The notes: a model not told the origin generated them from the sequence alone. Positions 1 to 15,078 are shown, numbered from the stretch's first letter. The stretch is 64,000 bases of DNA from Eledone cirrhosa (GCA_964016885.1 OZ024740.1:157480001-157544000), one strand, 5' to 3'. Numbers and translations are program-made.

Positions 1-214
1 ATCGTCTAAGTTATTTTAGTATGTAATTGAAACATTCTAGGAACAAATATTGTAACAAAAGGGTTACGATCTTCAATTTGGATTTATGAAACTTTAAAAT
101 GACCTGATGGGTGTAGGGCTATAAATGTAAGGCAAAAACAGGATTATATAAACATTTTTTCAAGAAAGGGTGCGTCAAAATTAAGGCGCGTTCTATAAGT
201 CGTCAAATGCGATA

Positions 215-538
215 TATAGTGTACCTCCTGGCATTCGCGGTCCTGGTTATTCGTGGAATTTTCCTTAGACACCTAACTAATAATTGTTCATGGAAACCAG
301 TCATTTTTCTATGGCTTTTTCGTGGCAATATATATATTTTTAACGCTAAATTATTAATAACAATATACCGTATTGGACGCCCCTTCGCATAAGACGCTCC
401 CTCTGTTTTTATTATATTTTACGTTATATTTTGACGTGTATAGGCATTTTTATGGACCACGTCCAATAGTCACGGTTTTTCCCTCTTAGCGAGTGCTCTA
501 AGAACGTAACTCCCGCCAATACCGGGGTCAACTGTATA
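215..538. mobile_element. Tigger/pogo-like MITE
   Basis: Imperfect TIRs tatagtgtacctcctggcattcgcgg / cccgccaataccggggtcaactgtata. Confidence 0.45.
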
Positions 539-793
539 TCTTAGAGTTTTCATATAAGATATTTAGAGATTAATAAAATCAATATCATCATCATCATCAT
601 CGTCGATTTTACGTCCGTTTCTCCATGTTAACATAGGCTGTTACGAAGGCTGGAGCTTATCCCGGTTTCGTATGGTGTTAAGCAACTGAAAATATAAGAA
701 TCTTCTTGGACGGAACTCCCAACTGCTTCTGACGGTGTTCAATTTCAGCTGAGTGGAGGAAGAGCAACATGAAATCAAGTCTTTGCTGTAGGA

Positions 794-1163
794 CAGCGGT
801 CGCCAACCTTTCAGACTTCATAGACCACTAAATTCATAATTCTAAATTCCGCGGACAACTAATATGATTTTTTTTTCAAAAGATAAATACATTTGTAAAA
901 TAATAATCAGAGAACTTCCATTTTATTAAACAATACTGAAGCGTATGTGTGTCATATTGTCGATAGATGATACATATGTGTAACATTCTTTCATGGATGT
1001 TATTTACTGAGGAAAAACATTTTTTAGGGGTGTTATAAAATATGTTTTAACCAAATATTATTTTTGTTTTATTATTAATAAAATATAAAAATTGCAAATA
1101 ATGTCCAAAATGTTCCTGCGGACCTGCGAAATTTTCTCGCGGACCACCGGTTGGCGATGGCTG
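794..1163. mobile_element. hAT (Charlie-like) MITE inserted in a SINE
   Basis: TIRs cagcggtcgccaacc/ggttggcgatggctg and a diverged 8-bp TSD ctgtagga/ctctagaa. The flanks rejoin into a SINE like 42880-42960. Confidence 0.7.
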
Positions 1164-2836
1164 CTCTAGAACACAACACATCGTTCAGTCCACTGGTTGA
1201 ACCCACGACCCTAAAATCAGGACAACATCATCGTACTCCCAAGGCCGCTTGCCTTGTAAAAACATTAATAAAAATTGAAAAGAAACAACATTCAGTATAT
1301 ATAATTGTTAATTTTATTCAACAAGAATGTAAATAAAATAAAATAAAAGTCATATAAGAATATTTTGTGATATATCAGAGCGCAAAGGATCTATCTGCAG
1401 TGCCTGGCTGTGATTTATTTATTTTCAATTTGTATAAAAATGTGAAGAAGATTTCAAATTTTGAGTTTTTTTTTTAATTTTCAAATCAATCTATTTACAG
1501 TTTAATAATTTAATAATAAAATTGATACTAACATAGAAACAGGGCCTCATTTATTCATTTTGTCTTTGAAGTGAAGGGTACAACCGATTATGTCTACCAA
1601 CAATACTTAACTGATATTTTATTTGATCAACCAGGTAAGGATGACAGGCAAAGTTTACCTTGGTACAATTTGAACTCAGAACATAAAAACCCGGAAAAAT
1701 TACCGCAAGGTATTTTGTTCGGCTCTCTAATAATTCTGTTAATCCATCATAAAAAGTTTTAACGTTTTTGAGTTTGGAAGTGTCAAATAAATTGCTCCGT
1801 AGTACTAAACTGGTACTTTATTTTAGCAACCACGGAAGGATGAAAGGCAAATTTGACCTCGGCGGGATTTGAACGTAAAGGGATTTGAACTAGGTATTAT
1901 GTCTGACGTTCTAACGTTTCAGCTAATCCACATAATAATAATAATGAGTGGAAATATTAAGTGAAAATCGATTCAGAATTTCATACCCCCACCCCACTAT
2001 CATCGTGTCGCTGGTGGGAAATCTCAGCTTCAACATGTACAAATACAATGTACAGTATGTGTTGAGTACTTTCGCCCTATTTGTAAATTCAAACGCACAC
2101 ATATGTACACTAATATATATGAACATAAATAAATAATATTATATATATATATATGTCTGTATTTAAATAGATAGTGTATGTTTGTGTATATGTGTAAATA
2201 TATATACGCATGTGTGTGTGTGTGTGTAAAAAAATAACTGGTAATTTTATTGTTGTGCAGGCTATTCAATTGTTAAATTAAAAATAAATCAGAAAAAGAA
2301 AGTTAGTTTAAAATACGTAAAAAATGTTTAGCGAAAGTGCTTCCGATGTAGCAGTGCTATAACTTATTAATTTATTTTATTTCCTAGTCTTTGTGTATAT
2401 ATATAAACTTAAATTAACAGAGGACAAGATAACGAACGGAAACAAGGCAAAACGAAAAGACAATTTTTAAAGGGGAAACCTTAAAAAAAATATATATATA
2501 CAAACGAATATTGGAACCATTGTGCTACAGTTGAATTCCCTGTTACGAATAAATGTTGTTAATTCTACTTTATTTATTTTGACCATGGTAATTGGTGGGT
2601 AATTGTGATTCGAAACAGCTATATTTAGGTTTCACAAGTAATGTAGGTAATATTTATATTTTCTGTTTACTTTTGTACGTTCTCATGTCTTACAATATAT
2701 AATTAATATTGTTTCAGTAATATTCTTGCACAAATGTACTCAGAAATGTTTTTTTTTTTTTTTTTGCATCTTACTCTCATTGTGCTCTATACAGAACAAC
2801 GAAATCGAGACGTTTTATTTTTCGGTTTATTTTGCT

Positions 2837-2931
<95 letters not shown>

Positions 2932-3484
2932 GAAAAGCGGACGTACAGTGATGATGGTGATGATGGTGGTGATGAGAGAGAGAGAGAGAGAGAGATAAAT
3001 GTTTCTGATTTAGGCACAAGGCCAGCAATTTGAAGGGAAGGGGAAAGTCGATTGAATCGAGCCTGGTGCGTTACTGGTACTTTATTTTATCGACCCCGTA
3101 ATGATGAATGGCTAGGCTAACCTCGACGAGATTTTAACTCAGATAAAAAGAGCTGCAACTCTATGCCATACACCATGTTGTCCGGCGCTCCACCGACACT
3201 ACATCCGAAATTTTGTCCGGCGCTCTAACGATTCTAATAAATATAATTATGTCTAATCTATCATTATAGCTGTATCTAAGTCTGCTTTTAACCATATAAG
3301 TCCAGTTGTAATAATATTTGACACTTCAAATACTACGCCTTGATGGGAAGAAAACGACAAAATGAAATGTTTAGATGAGCTTTAAAGATATTTTTTGTTT
3401 AAACAGTATTGCATACAGCAAACAATTATAACAAATGGTGATTGTTACAGATTTATTGGCATTTGAATACATATCATCTGTTTT

Positions 3485-3745
3485 CTTTTGTACCAATACT
3501 TCAGTGGTCTCTGGTCTCCGGATCTGACTGACTTCGTGTTAATTCCATTCAGGCACTCCCGCCCTATTCACCACTCCTCCTCTAATCTCTTATATTGTGT
3601 CCACCATCCCAGGTCCCGCATTAACCACGATACCTTCTTAGAAGGTCATCTCTGGAATACTCTCCCTGCCTGTCTCTTTCCTGCAGGAGTTGACTCGTAA
3701 ACATTGAAACTGGGCAAAAGCAGCATCAATCTCAACGATCTCGAG
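3485..3745 (+). mobile_element. Jockey/CR1-like LINE 3' end relic
   Basis: LWNTLPACLFP...LK-type terminal motif. Confidence 0.45.
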
Positions 3746-3748
3746 TGG

Positions 3749-4482
3749 TCTTCTTCTTCTTCTTCTTCTTCTTCTTCTTCTTCTTGGAGAGGGGCAGGGG
3801 AAAAATCCCCAGACACGGCTTGCTGAGGGTCCTGTCAGAAGCAACCCTCTCCAATTGACCCGGTGGAATTCCCAAGCGAAACCAACGGAGATAATGGATG
3901 TTATCCAGCCATCTTGCTCGTTATCTTCCCCTGGGTCTCTTGCCAGTTGGTTTTGCCCGTAAAATCTGTCCAGCGATTCTTTCCTGAGACATTCTAACCA
4001 CATGCCCATAATATTGGAGTTGTGATCTCTCAATTCGGAGTAACGGCTCTACCTGGAACGACACTCAGATCTCTGAACTACATACTCTATCGAGTAACGT
4101 TACTCCAAAGACCCCTTGGGGGAACCCCATTTCGGCCATTTTTATTCGCGATCGTATTCTTTCGGTCTTCACCCAAGATTCATGACCCTATGTAAGGATT
4201 GGCACGAATATCGAATTGAAGATAGCGAGTTTGGCTTTTAAAACTACCTTCCTTCTTCCGATAAACAAATGTTTAAGCTGGCGCATTACTGCACCAGCTT
4301 CTGCAATTCTTGCATGTCGGAACATATCTTGATGAGTTAGTAATACCATGTCATCTGCAAATTTCAGCCGGCTGATCCTACACCCGTCAGTCTTGATACT
4401 ACTTCCAGACCGGCTGCGCATGTCAATCCTGTTCATGAGGACTATGAACAGGAGGGATGATAGTACGCAGTCTTGGCGGAGT
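3749..4482 (-). mobile_element. RTE-clade LINE 3' fragment with (GAA)n tail
   Basis: LRQDCVLSSLLF...LKFADD..., KLAIFNSIFVPILT, W.D.I; (ctt)n at 3749-3785. Confidence 0.8.
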
Positions 4483-4569
4483 CATAGTGTCCATACAATG
4501 CGTTAGAATATAGTGTTGGGCTGTAATACATGTATCCTAGCTGATAGTATGGACATTATGCTGGTGACA

Positions 4570-5316
4570 CACGTCATGATGTGGTAGCTAAGAACAATTT
4601 AACTCTATACTCAATTTTAATTTTTACATTTGTGTGTGTGTATATATATATACTGTACACACATTATTTGTAAGTAGGTGTATGCACATGTATATGTATG
4701 TACGTATGTATATAGAATGTATATATGTATATGCACGCGTGTATGTATATGTGGATATATATGAGTATATGTATGTTTACATTTCTACGCGAACGTGCGT
4801 GTGTATAATTTGTATACACTATATCTTCGTTTACGCATGCATCTACACTCGTCAGCGCATACTTATGTATGAGCCTAAATCCCAAAACATTACTATTAAT
4901 GTTCTCATTATTATTATTACTTTTACTATTATTAATACCTTTAGTATTTTTATGTTTAATCATTTTACTTTTATTAACATCATTTTCCATATATGGTATC
5001 TGGAAATTATTCGGCTATTCCAAAAAGAATATGAATGTCCTGATGTTTTCATAGGAAAAATGTTTTTTTTCCGTAGCAAGAATTTGTTCTCGCTCCACAT
5101 AATGATGTAATTATCCTTGCATACATTTCACTCATCTCAAGAGAATGTCTTCACCTTCAACCGCTATGTATTCCTGTTTTCTAAAGGTAATATTTGGTTA
5201 TAACTTTTTTTAAATGTTTATTTCTGCGTCTACAAATTAATTTTTCTCAGTTTTAGTTGATCCTGCTAAGGGTGAAAGCAATTATTTATTGCTTAAACTT
5301 TTAATCTGTACTAATA

Positions 5317-5317
<1 letters not shown>
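4570..5317 (+). mobile_element. Diverged family-A PLE 3' region
   Basis: Shares gatgtggtagctaag with 20537 and the aagggtgaaagca...tgcttaaactt end with 21440-21475. Confidence 0.55.
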
Positions 5318-5391
<74 letters not shown>

Positions 5392-5722
5392 ATATAATTG
5401 TTTCTACTTTTGGCACAAGGCCAGCAATTACAAGTACATTACTGGTACTTTATTTTATCGAACCCGTAAGGATGAAAGGCAAAGTTAACCTCGGCGGGAT
5501 TTATATATAATTGTTTCTACTTTTTGGCACAAGGCCAGCAATTACCCAGTGCATTACTGGTACTTTATTTTCTCGACCCCGTAAGGATGAAAGGCAAAGT
5601 TAGCCTCGGCGGGATTTGAACTCAGATCATAAAGGGACGTAACTCTATGCTCAAAGCATGGTGTCCAATAATATATATATATACACATATATATATACAC
5701 ATCGATGTTTTAATTCTTGTAT

Positions 5723-5803
<81 letters not shown>

Positions 5804-5805
5804 TA

Positions 5806-5837
<32 letters not shown>

Positions 5838-6056
5838 AATATTATATATATATATATAAATATTATATATATATTACCGGGGTTGTTAAAATACAATAAA
5901 ATCTATTCAGTTATATATATATTTGTTTCCAATTTAAACAAAAGGAACAAAGCAATGTGTATCCATATAAAAAAGTCATCCATATTTTATCATCCTATCT
6001 ATATATTTTCATTTTATATATTGTAAATGTTGACGAGACGAGCCACAATCTGTATG

Positions 6057-6235
6057 CATCATCATCATCATCATCCGGCGGCCTCAGCCGAAATTGACTC
6101 AACAATTGATCTCTACGATTGTCTGTCGTTCATTGCCTTTGCCAAGTCCTGGATTTCACTACCAGAATTTCTGGAGATGACACCGGGATAGGAGAGCTTG
6201 CGCCCCCTGTTGTTAGTGCATATGTTGACTAGCTA
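6057..6235 (-). mobile_element. RTE-like 3' end with (GAT)n tail
   Basis: LSYPGVISRNSG..IQDL..AMNDR followed by a trinucleotide tail. Confidence 0.45.
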
Positions 6236-6745
6236 GACCACAGAGTCATATATGTTTTAACTAAATTGACCAAACAATCAGGTAAATGTTGATTAATTAA
6301 ACAATATTCTTGTAGTCGTTAAGCCACATTTATTTGATAACACTGAACTGCAGTGAATATACTTTGACATTTTTAAACTGAATATCATCTAAACACCCTG
6401 TAGGCAAACTTATGTTAATATATTTAATGTGTAATGGGGTGGATGGGGGACTTCATTAAAAGGATAACTATGAATAGACATTCAGTGATGGAAAACATAT
6501 TTAGCACTAATTACTATGATTTTCATTTTTTTGTTCCTGGCAGATATAAGAAAGAACATCAAATTTATTTCTGTCTTATTTGCTCCTTGTCTGTGATGCA
6601 TAGTCTTTGACATTCTTGCAGATTGAGATGAAAGAATGACTGAGGAAATAAGGTCTTATATATTTGTTAGTGTAGAAAAATAATTCGAACAATTTGGCAA
6701 TTATATACTCTCCTATATAGCTCTCTACATAAAAAAAGAGTTGTA

Positions 6746-7080
<335 letters not shown>

Positions 7081-7334
7081 TGTGTTTGTGTGGTGTGTAT
7101 TCCACAATGCTATCTTTAAATACACTACAACACTCTTACAATATACATCTTACATCTACATGTTATAAATTACTTCAACAAAATTGACGCAGAGAGTTAC
7201 GGCCCTTGCCATTCTGAGTTCAAATCCTGCCAATGTTAACTTTGCTTTTCATCCTTACGTGGTCGATAAAATAAAGTACCAGTAACACACTGGGTAATTG
7301 CTGGCCTTGTGCCTAAAGTAGAAACAATTATTAT

Positions 7335-8075
7335 CCTCCATACCACTGACCGAGCTAGTTTTGTTTCTACAGCCTCAGTAGGGCGTCATAACCGAAGACC
7401 AAAGATCCTTTGGGATTCTTTTATCGCCTCAGATTTTGAGCACCTTCTGGTTCTGATATAATGTAGTTTGCTATAATAGATCTATTCGAATTTACGATCC
7501 CAATCTTCTCTAGCTGTGATTTTATCAAGGGTGCACCTAACGACTGGCACAATTTCAACGTGTTTCAGACTGCACACTTTTACAATATTTTGGCGGTTCC
7601 CGATCTTTACGTTTTCTTTCTCACATTCTCTATTGCCCCCCTCTGATGATATATCTGTTATACCGTGTCCTGTCGTTTAACGATAACAGTGTCTGCCATC
7701 CGAGCCTCAATCCTTTGACCGGATTAGATCTTCTCGTTTTCTTCCTCTGTGTTAGGTTGTTACTTGTACCACCTATCAGCTCTATCCAAAATTATTCCCA
7801 CGCAGTTTCCAATGTTCTATGCGCACCATTCTGTCATACCATTCTTTATATTCCTTTTATGAAGGTTTACTACGTTCATTCACACAGCGGCTAATGCTAT
7901 GCTTTCACCTTTTGTTTTTACCACAATATCTACATAAGGGTGATTTCACCTTCTTATCGATGCTGCATTTTTCAGTGTTTACGTAGATTAACACAGTTCT
8001 GCTTTAGATAACTGTTCGTATCCACTACCATATCTCTTGGTTAACAATGCTGCTATACTTGTCTCTGGTAAACTG
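7335..8075 (-). mobile_element. Degraded R4-like 3' fragment
   Basis: Remnant zinc-knuckle/RLE sequence similar in character to 32260-32960. Confidence 0.45.
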
Positions 8076-9764
8076 TTCATATATTGCAATTAAAATGAAA
8101 AGCATGGCTAAAAAAGAAACTGTTATTATTGTTATTATTATTACTATTATTATTGCCTTTCATCCTTTCAAGATCAATAATATAAATACCAATCAAGTAC
8201 TGGGCTGTTTAATCGATTGTTCTTTATTTAAATTTACGGCTTTTTGAAAATGTTAACAATAAAAGATAACAATTATTATATCGATACAAAGGGTGGTGGA
8301 TTGGCAGTATCGGTAGAGGGTCTCACGCTCTGCTTTGCAGCAATGAGTTCCGGTCCTTTATGGTCTGAGTTCAAATCCCGCCGAGGTTAACTTTGCCTTT
8401 CATCCTTACGAGGTTGATAAAATAAAGCACCATGGGATAATTGCTGGCCTTGTGCCAAAAGTAGAAACAATTATTATATCCATACACTATATATCATTTT
8501 CGCAATGTATTATAATTATTGCATAGATTTAGCTTAATTATAGTTATTTACTTAGATGTTTGATACACACTCGGTTTACACGGACTAGATAAACTAGCTT
8601 TGTTTTTATCCAAGGGGAATAACTGTGTTCGAGGACTTCAACATTCCCAGTTTCTATCAAATCCACAGAACTTTGTTAACAGTGTCTTATTTAATTATAA
8701 TGATTTATTAATCAAATGTTTGTGATGAAAGGGGTTAAGATGGTTATCTAATAAATAAACAAACAAAAAAAAAAAGCAATATAAAATACGAATATATTAA
8801 ATAAGCAAGAAATATTTACTTAGCCCGCCAGCTATCGTTGATTATACCTGTGCAGGAGTTAGAAATTATAACATTTTTTAATACATTGAAAAATTGCATT
8901 TTTCCTGTTGTCTTAGATAAAAGTAAATAACCTGTTTACATTGCTTCTTCATATATTGTGTAATACAAATAAAATAAAAAGAAACAAGTTATTTTTAATG
9001 CAACTCTGGGTAATGGCTTGGGAGAAAACTGAATTTTTAGTCTACCATTTCTTATTTAACTCTTATTATTTACATAATGGAAAAAAGGGTCGAGATGGTA
9101 CAATTGTTATATGTGTGCTTAATGCAATCTTGTTTGTTAGCATTTCCATGTGGGGTTATTTGGAATAGCGTAAACCAGTGATACGAAAGGGTTGCTAGAT
9201 TTAGGAGAGTAAGTTATGAATAAATATGAAACATACGCAAAAAAAAAAAAAAAATTGATGTAAATAGCTGTGAATACCGAGGGTTCGAACTCAGCCAGTC
9301 TTGTGAATAAATAAGGAGTGTTGGAATGCTTTGTATCGTTGAAGCCTCCTGACACCAAACAGCTGAGAACATTTCACCTCATGGCACGAGAACTCATTAT
9401 GCACACATAGAGGCATACACATACACACAAACATATAAACATTACAAAAATACAGACAATCCTCATTTCTTCAAAGAAGAGTTCAATTCAAAATTATACC
9501 TTTTATCTAATTTTACGAACTCTATATACATACACACACATACTCACACACGCACAGACACGCATGCACGCACACACGCGAACACACACCCACCCACGCA
9601 CACACACACAAAAAACCACATGCATACTCTTCCTTTTCCATTCTTTTTCTCCCTCTTTGAAGAAGGAATTTGGCCAAAATGTCAAGAATAACTGTTTCGT
9701 TTCCTCTCGTGGATCTTAGTAAAAACTTTGAATTTTATTCTATCCCGTCATGTTTTTTTTATAC

Positions 9765-9829
<65 letters not shown>

Positions 9830-10044
9830 ACATATATATATATTTATGTATGTATGTGTGAGTGTGCGACAGAGAGAGTGTGTGTATGTGTGAGTGTGTG
9901 TGTGCATTTCAGAATTGGCAACGGGTAGAAAAATTCAGCCGCCATAATGCACGAAAACAGTTTCGATCCTTACCAACGATATATATAGTTTTGTATGGGG
10001 CCAGTTTGTGATTTAAACTCGGGAATTTTATAATCTCCGAGCAA

Positions 10045-10140
10045 GAAGAACCTTCTGACGAGAGTCCCCTTCTCAATGATAATCCGCCTGGATTATCCAT
10101 TTATTTTGGGATTTGAAACCGCGCGGTAAAAACTTATTCT
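10045..10140 (+). ncRNA. Type I hammerhead motif
   Basis: CTGACGA(10055)-gagtccc...gggattt-GAAA-ccgcgcg-GTA. Stem III is the palindrome ACCGCGCGGT; stem I is imperfect. Confidence 0.65.
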
Positions 10141-10168
10141 AAACTTTTTCTCTATTTGCTAAACCTTG

Positions 10169-10234
<66 letters not shown>

Positions 10235-10364
10235 TATATACACATATATATATATACATATATATATATATACACACATATATATATACATATATATATA
10301 TACACATATATATACATACATATATATATACACATATATATATATACATACATATATATATATA

Positions 10365-10719
10365 GCACTCTACAAATTTCTTCTGGAGTATAATATCAAT
10401 GATATTAATACATGGAAACTATATTTATAAAACCATATTTATTTTATTATATATATTTCAAGGGTACCAAAATTTTGGTACGCTCTCATCAGATAAAATA
10501 CAAAAATTGTTTTATAAATATTGACATACCCAAAACAAGAACTTATCCAAAATGAACTTAATACGATAAGTTCTTGTTTTGGATATGTCAATATTTATAA
10601 AACAATTTTTGTATTTTATCTGATGAGGGCGTACCAAATTTTGGTACCCTTGAAATATATATAATAAAATAAATATGGTTTTATAAAGATAGTTTCCATG
10701 TATTAATATCATTGATATC
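10365..10719. mobile_element. Fold-back cassette with a hammerhead motif in each arm
   Basis: ~160 bp inverted arms, short loop (caaaatgaacttaatac), partial tail on the left, (TA)n flanks. Confidence 0.85.
10613..10670 (+). ncRNA. Type I hammerhead ribozyme motif (mirror copies at 10441-10499 minus, 12709-12765 minus, 12880-12937 plus)
   Basis: attttat-CTGATGA-gggcgtaccaaattttggtaccctt-GAAA-tatata-TA-ataaaat: stem I, stem II and a palindromic stem III. Confidence 0.75.
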
Positions 10720-10952
10720 ATATATATATATATATATATTGTTCTACCTACCATTCCGACTTCCTCCCCCTCCCCCTCCCCAGTATCTTCTTTGACCTCA
10801 TGCCCAGCTGTAGCTGGCACTACCAACGCTTGATTGGGTCTACTCCCCCCCCTCCCCTCTTACTGGCAGGTTTAGCCACCATCTCCCCTACTAATTTGCA
10901 ATCACTGAATTACTACTGATTTTTGACACTCACTTTGACCATATATGGAATT

Positions 10953-11043
10953 ACCCCTTGAGAAGATCGGCTATTTAAATACCAGGATAAATTTTCATTT
11001 AGTCCAGAATTAGCCGTCGAAACGGCTTGAGCTCAGCCGTCAC

Positions 11044-11074
<31 letters not shown>

Positions 11075-11076
11075 GT
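10953..11076 (+). ncRNA. Hammerhead motif with degenerate 5' core and a poly(A) insert at the GUC site
   Basis: acccc..gaaga-tcggcta...tagccgtc-GAAA-cggcttgagctcagcc-GTC-[acA28]-ggggt. Confidence 0.6.
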
Positions 11077-11124
11077 CTTACTGGTTCCTATATATATATA
11101 TACAGTATATATATACACATATAT

Positions 11125-11265
<141 letters not shown>

Positions 11266-11320
11266 CTGTATATATATAGAGTATATATATACTGTATATA
11301 TATAGAGTATATATATACTG

Positions 11321-11368
<48 letters not shown>

Positions 11369-11381
11369 GTATATATATAGA

Positions 11382-11419
<38 letters not shown>

Positions 11420-11428
11420 TGTATATAT

Positions 11429-11489
<61 letters not shown>

Positions 11490-11559
11490 CACAAAATATA
11501 TATATATATGCACACATATATCTATATCTATCTCTCTCTCTATATATATATATAATAAA

Positions 11560-11772
11560 CAAGTAAGACGGTAATGTTAAGATACATCTGGATCGGTCGT
11601 CAGACAGAGATGTTAACGACCGATCCAGACATATATTATTATTGTCTGGGAACCAGAAACCTTTGGTAATGGAGTAGTTATATTTTGTGTTGTTCACTTT
11701 CTAATTAAATAGCTCTGTTCTATACATAGAGCACTCTTTTTGCTATTGCTTTTCCTTCGGAATTACCTAAAA
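11560..11772 (+). repeat. ~210 bp microsatellite-embedded cassette with a near-identical copy at 15077-15288
   Basis: Direct sequence match, internal hairpin tctggatcggtcgt/acgaccgatccaga, GAGCAC tail. Confidence 0.8.
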
Positions 11773-11775
11773 TAT

Positions 11776-11825
<50 letters not shown>

Positions 11826-11886
11826 GTATATATGTATATATCTATATATATATGTATATGTATATATGTATATATGTATATATGTA

Positions 11887-11937
<51 letters not shown>

Positions 11938-11949
11938 ATACATATATCA

Positions 11950-11991
<42 letters not shown>

Positions 11992-11992
11992 A

Positions 11993-12025
<33 letters not shown>

Positions 12026-12030
12026 TATAA

Positions 12031-12063
<33 letters not shown>

Positions 12064-12068
12064 TATAA

Positions 12069-12114
<46 letters not shown>

Positions 12115-12129
12115 GTATGTATACATATA

Positions 12130-12163
<34 letters not shown>

Positions 12164-12601
12164 GGCCCCTTAATTGTAGAGCTAACTCAGTTGAAAGGAC
12201 TTGACTGCTGTTTCTAGTTGTCAATAACCCTATTCACGCCACTGGGACGAAGCTGGTATGATGTGTGTATTTTTAGTAGATACAGCACGTGTTACTAGCC
12301 AGTCGGTGATTTGAATTTGATGCGTAAACACAGATGGCTGGACCTCTTCCTTGTTGAAAATCCAGGATCTGGCTACTGTCGTTTACCAATCGATTAATTG
12401 GTGAAATATATTTCTTTAATGGAATATATACAAGGAAGATTAATCAATTTATAAGGTATCTATTTTTAAAGTTCTAGTTAAACTTTATTTAGTTACCTAC
12501 CTAGCTGTGTATGCTTACACACTTTTACAGATTATCCCCTGTGATTGTTTCATATGTTTATTTATATGTCAATCAATTTCTAGTTGATATATATATATGT
12601 G

Positions 12602-12657
<56 letters not shown>

Positions 12658-12661
<4 letters not shown>

Positions 12662-13073
12662 ATCAATGATATTAATACATGGAAACTATCTTTATAAAAC
12701 CATATTTATTATATTATATATATTTCAAGGGTACAACAATTTGGTACGCCCTCATCAGATAAAATACAAAAATTGTTTTATAAATATTGACATATCCCAA
12801 AACAAGAACTTATCGTATTAAGTTCATTTTGGATAAGTTCTTGTTTTGGATATGTCAATATTTATAAAACAATTTTTGTATTTTATCTGATGAGAGCGTA
12901 CCAAATTGTTGTACCCTTGAAATATATATAATATAATAAATATGGTTTTATAAAGATAGTTTCCATGTATTAATATCATTGATATTATACTCCAGAAGAA
13001 ATTTGTAGAGTGCTTCGAATCTGTTATAAATAAATTTGTTGAATAATGAACAAATTAAATAACTCTTTGCTTA
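12658..13073. mobile_element. Second copy of the same fold-back, opposite orientation, with full tail
   Basis: Reverse complement of 10365-10719 including the loop. Tail at 12986-13073. Confidence 0.85.
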
Positions 13074-13420
13074 TATATATGATATATATATATACTCACA
13101 TCTATCGAAGGAAGACATTTCTCATTTGACCACATTATCAGAAAGTCCCTCTCTTCACAGTAATTCAACTCATTTTATGGATCTCATTTTTATCGACAAA
13201 GACCATAATTTTCCTTGCTTCAAATCTCGTTGGAATCGTAGGAATGCTATCCTGTTATAAGGCGTACCTTATGTATCGTATCCTAGCAAAGTCCATTCTT
13301 CTCCAGCTTTAACCACAGCTAATGTCTTCCAAAGAGTGAGAGAGAGGGAATGTTGGCAAAAGAAAGAGAGGAAAGATAGATACATATATAAAGAGTAGGG
13401 ATAGAACATGAGAAAAAACA

Positions 13421-13475
<55 letters not shown>

Positions 13476-14377
13476 ATGAAGAACTGGAACCAGTACTAAA
13501 CTGTTACTTTATTTACCGACCCTAAAAGGATTAAAGCAAATTTGACTTCGGCTGGGTCTAAACTTAAAGCTCAGAGATTCGGAGTGAATATAACAAGGCA
13601 TTATAATTTACGTTCTAAGGACTCTATTTCCCCCGCAAGATAAATAGATAAGGTGATGAAAACGTTGATCATTCGATCACATATGGAAGTTTGTATTCAG
13701 CTAGTATTCTGATACTTAATTCATGAACCCCGAAATAATGATTGACAAAGTAGTTAATAGTTAATAGTAGTGGTGAGATTTGAACTGTGAAATTTAAATG
13801 TGAAGCGATGTAATTAAATAGTTCAAAGCAAAGTTATGTTCAAATAGATTTGATCTTAAACTCCAGACAGCCAGAACAAAAACACCGCAAGGCATTTGAC
13901 GTCTCAAGACAGGCAGCTTCTTTAAACTCTACGTATTATATTTTGATCGATAACATAAAATATGATGAGCTAAAGTTCTAAAAGATAATTAAAATGGATA
14001 CACATTAAAATTAATAACAACTAACTACTTCAGGGCGTGCCATTGTGTATAAAAAATGGTTTATAAAATAAGAAAATATAATAAATCAAAATAAATTAAA
14101 ACGAAAAACAACCACCTCCCCCCTCAAAAAAAACAAAACAACAGTGGAATAGACGAATCTAATTGACCATTACTAAACTATGCTAGAACTACTTGTGTTC
14201 AATATTGCAGTCTAACGTATTTTATTTCCATACAACAGAAATAATTGGATTGATGTAGATTCGTATTATAAACGTAACACATTATATAAGATAAGTATAT
14301 AACTAGATGAATGTATGTACGAATGTCTGCATATATATATATGTATATATGTATATATGTATATATATATATATATA

Positions 14378-14769
14378 CGGGGGTAATCCCAAAAGTAAGG
14401 TCTCCAAAGTGATGGGGACGCAGAGAAACTGTTCGTACGGCTGTTGGCAACACTGTTGTGATTGGTGCTTCCTTCACTTCCAAACAAGCATGCGCGCGCT
14501 TCGCTGGGATGCCCAATCTTGGCTTGGCAGCCATTGAGAATGGAGCTCCCGTTGAACGCTACCGCCAAGTGCGAATTTCGCGCAGTTATTTTATAGAGGG
14601 CAATCCCAAAAGTAAGGTCTCCTTCCGAGGAAAACATGCGTAAAGCTCGGCGGATCACTCTGGATGCTCTCTGCATTTTGGTTCCTGAGGTTTCCCGAAG
14701 CACCATCCACAGGATTTTAACGGAAATGTTGCAATATCGCAAGGAGACCTTATTTTTGGGATTGCCCTC

Positions 14770-14770
<1 letters not shown>
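14378..14770 (+). mobile_element. Mariner deletion derivative
   Basis: TIRs cgRgggYaatcccaaaaRtaaggtctcc, TA flanks, a third TIR at ~14596, and transposase remnant [22 protein letters not shown]. Confidence 0.8.
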
Positions 14771-14859
<89 letters not shown>

Positions 14860-14918
14860 CGAGGGCAATATATATACATACACACACGCACACACACATA
14901 TATATATATATATATATT

Positions 14919-14973
<55 letters not shown>

Positions 14974-15010
14974 GTGTGTGTGTATATATATATATATATA
15001 TACGAGGGCA

Positions 15011-15078
<68 letters not shown>

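Noticed and set aside
9270-9362. Possible protease-like exon (PYLFTRLAEF)
   Set aside because: Similarity is too short, splice signals are weak and no partner exons were found.
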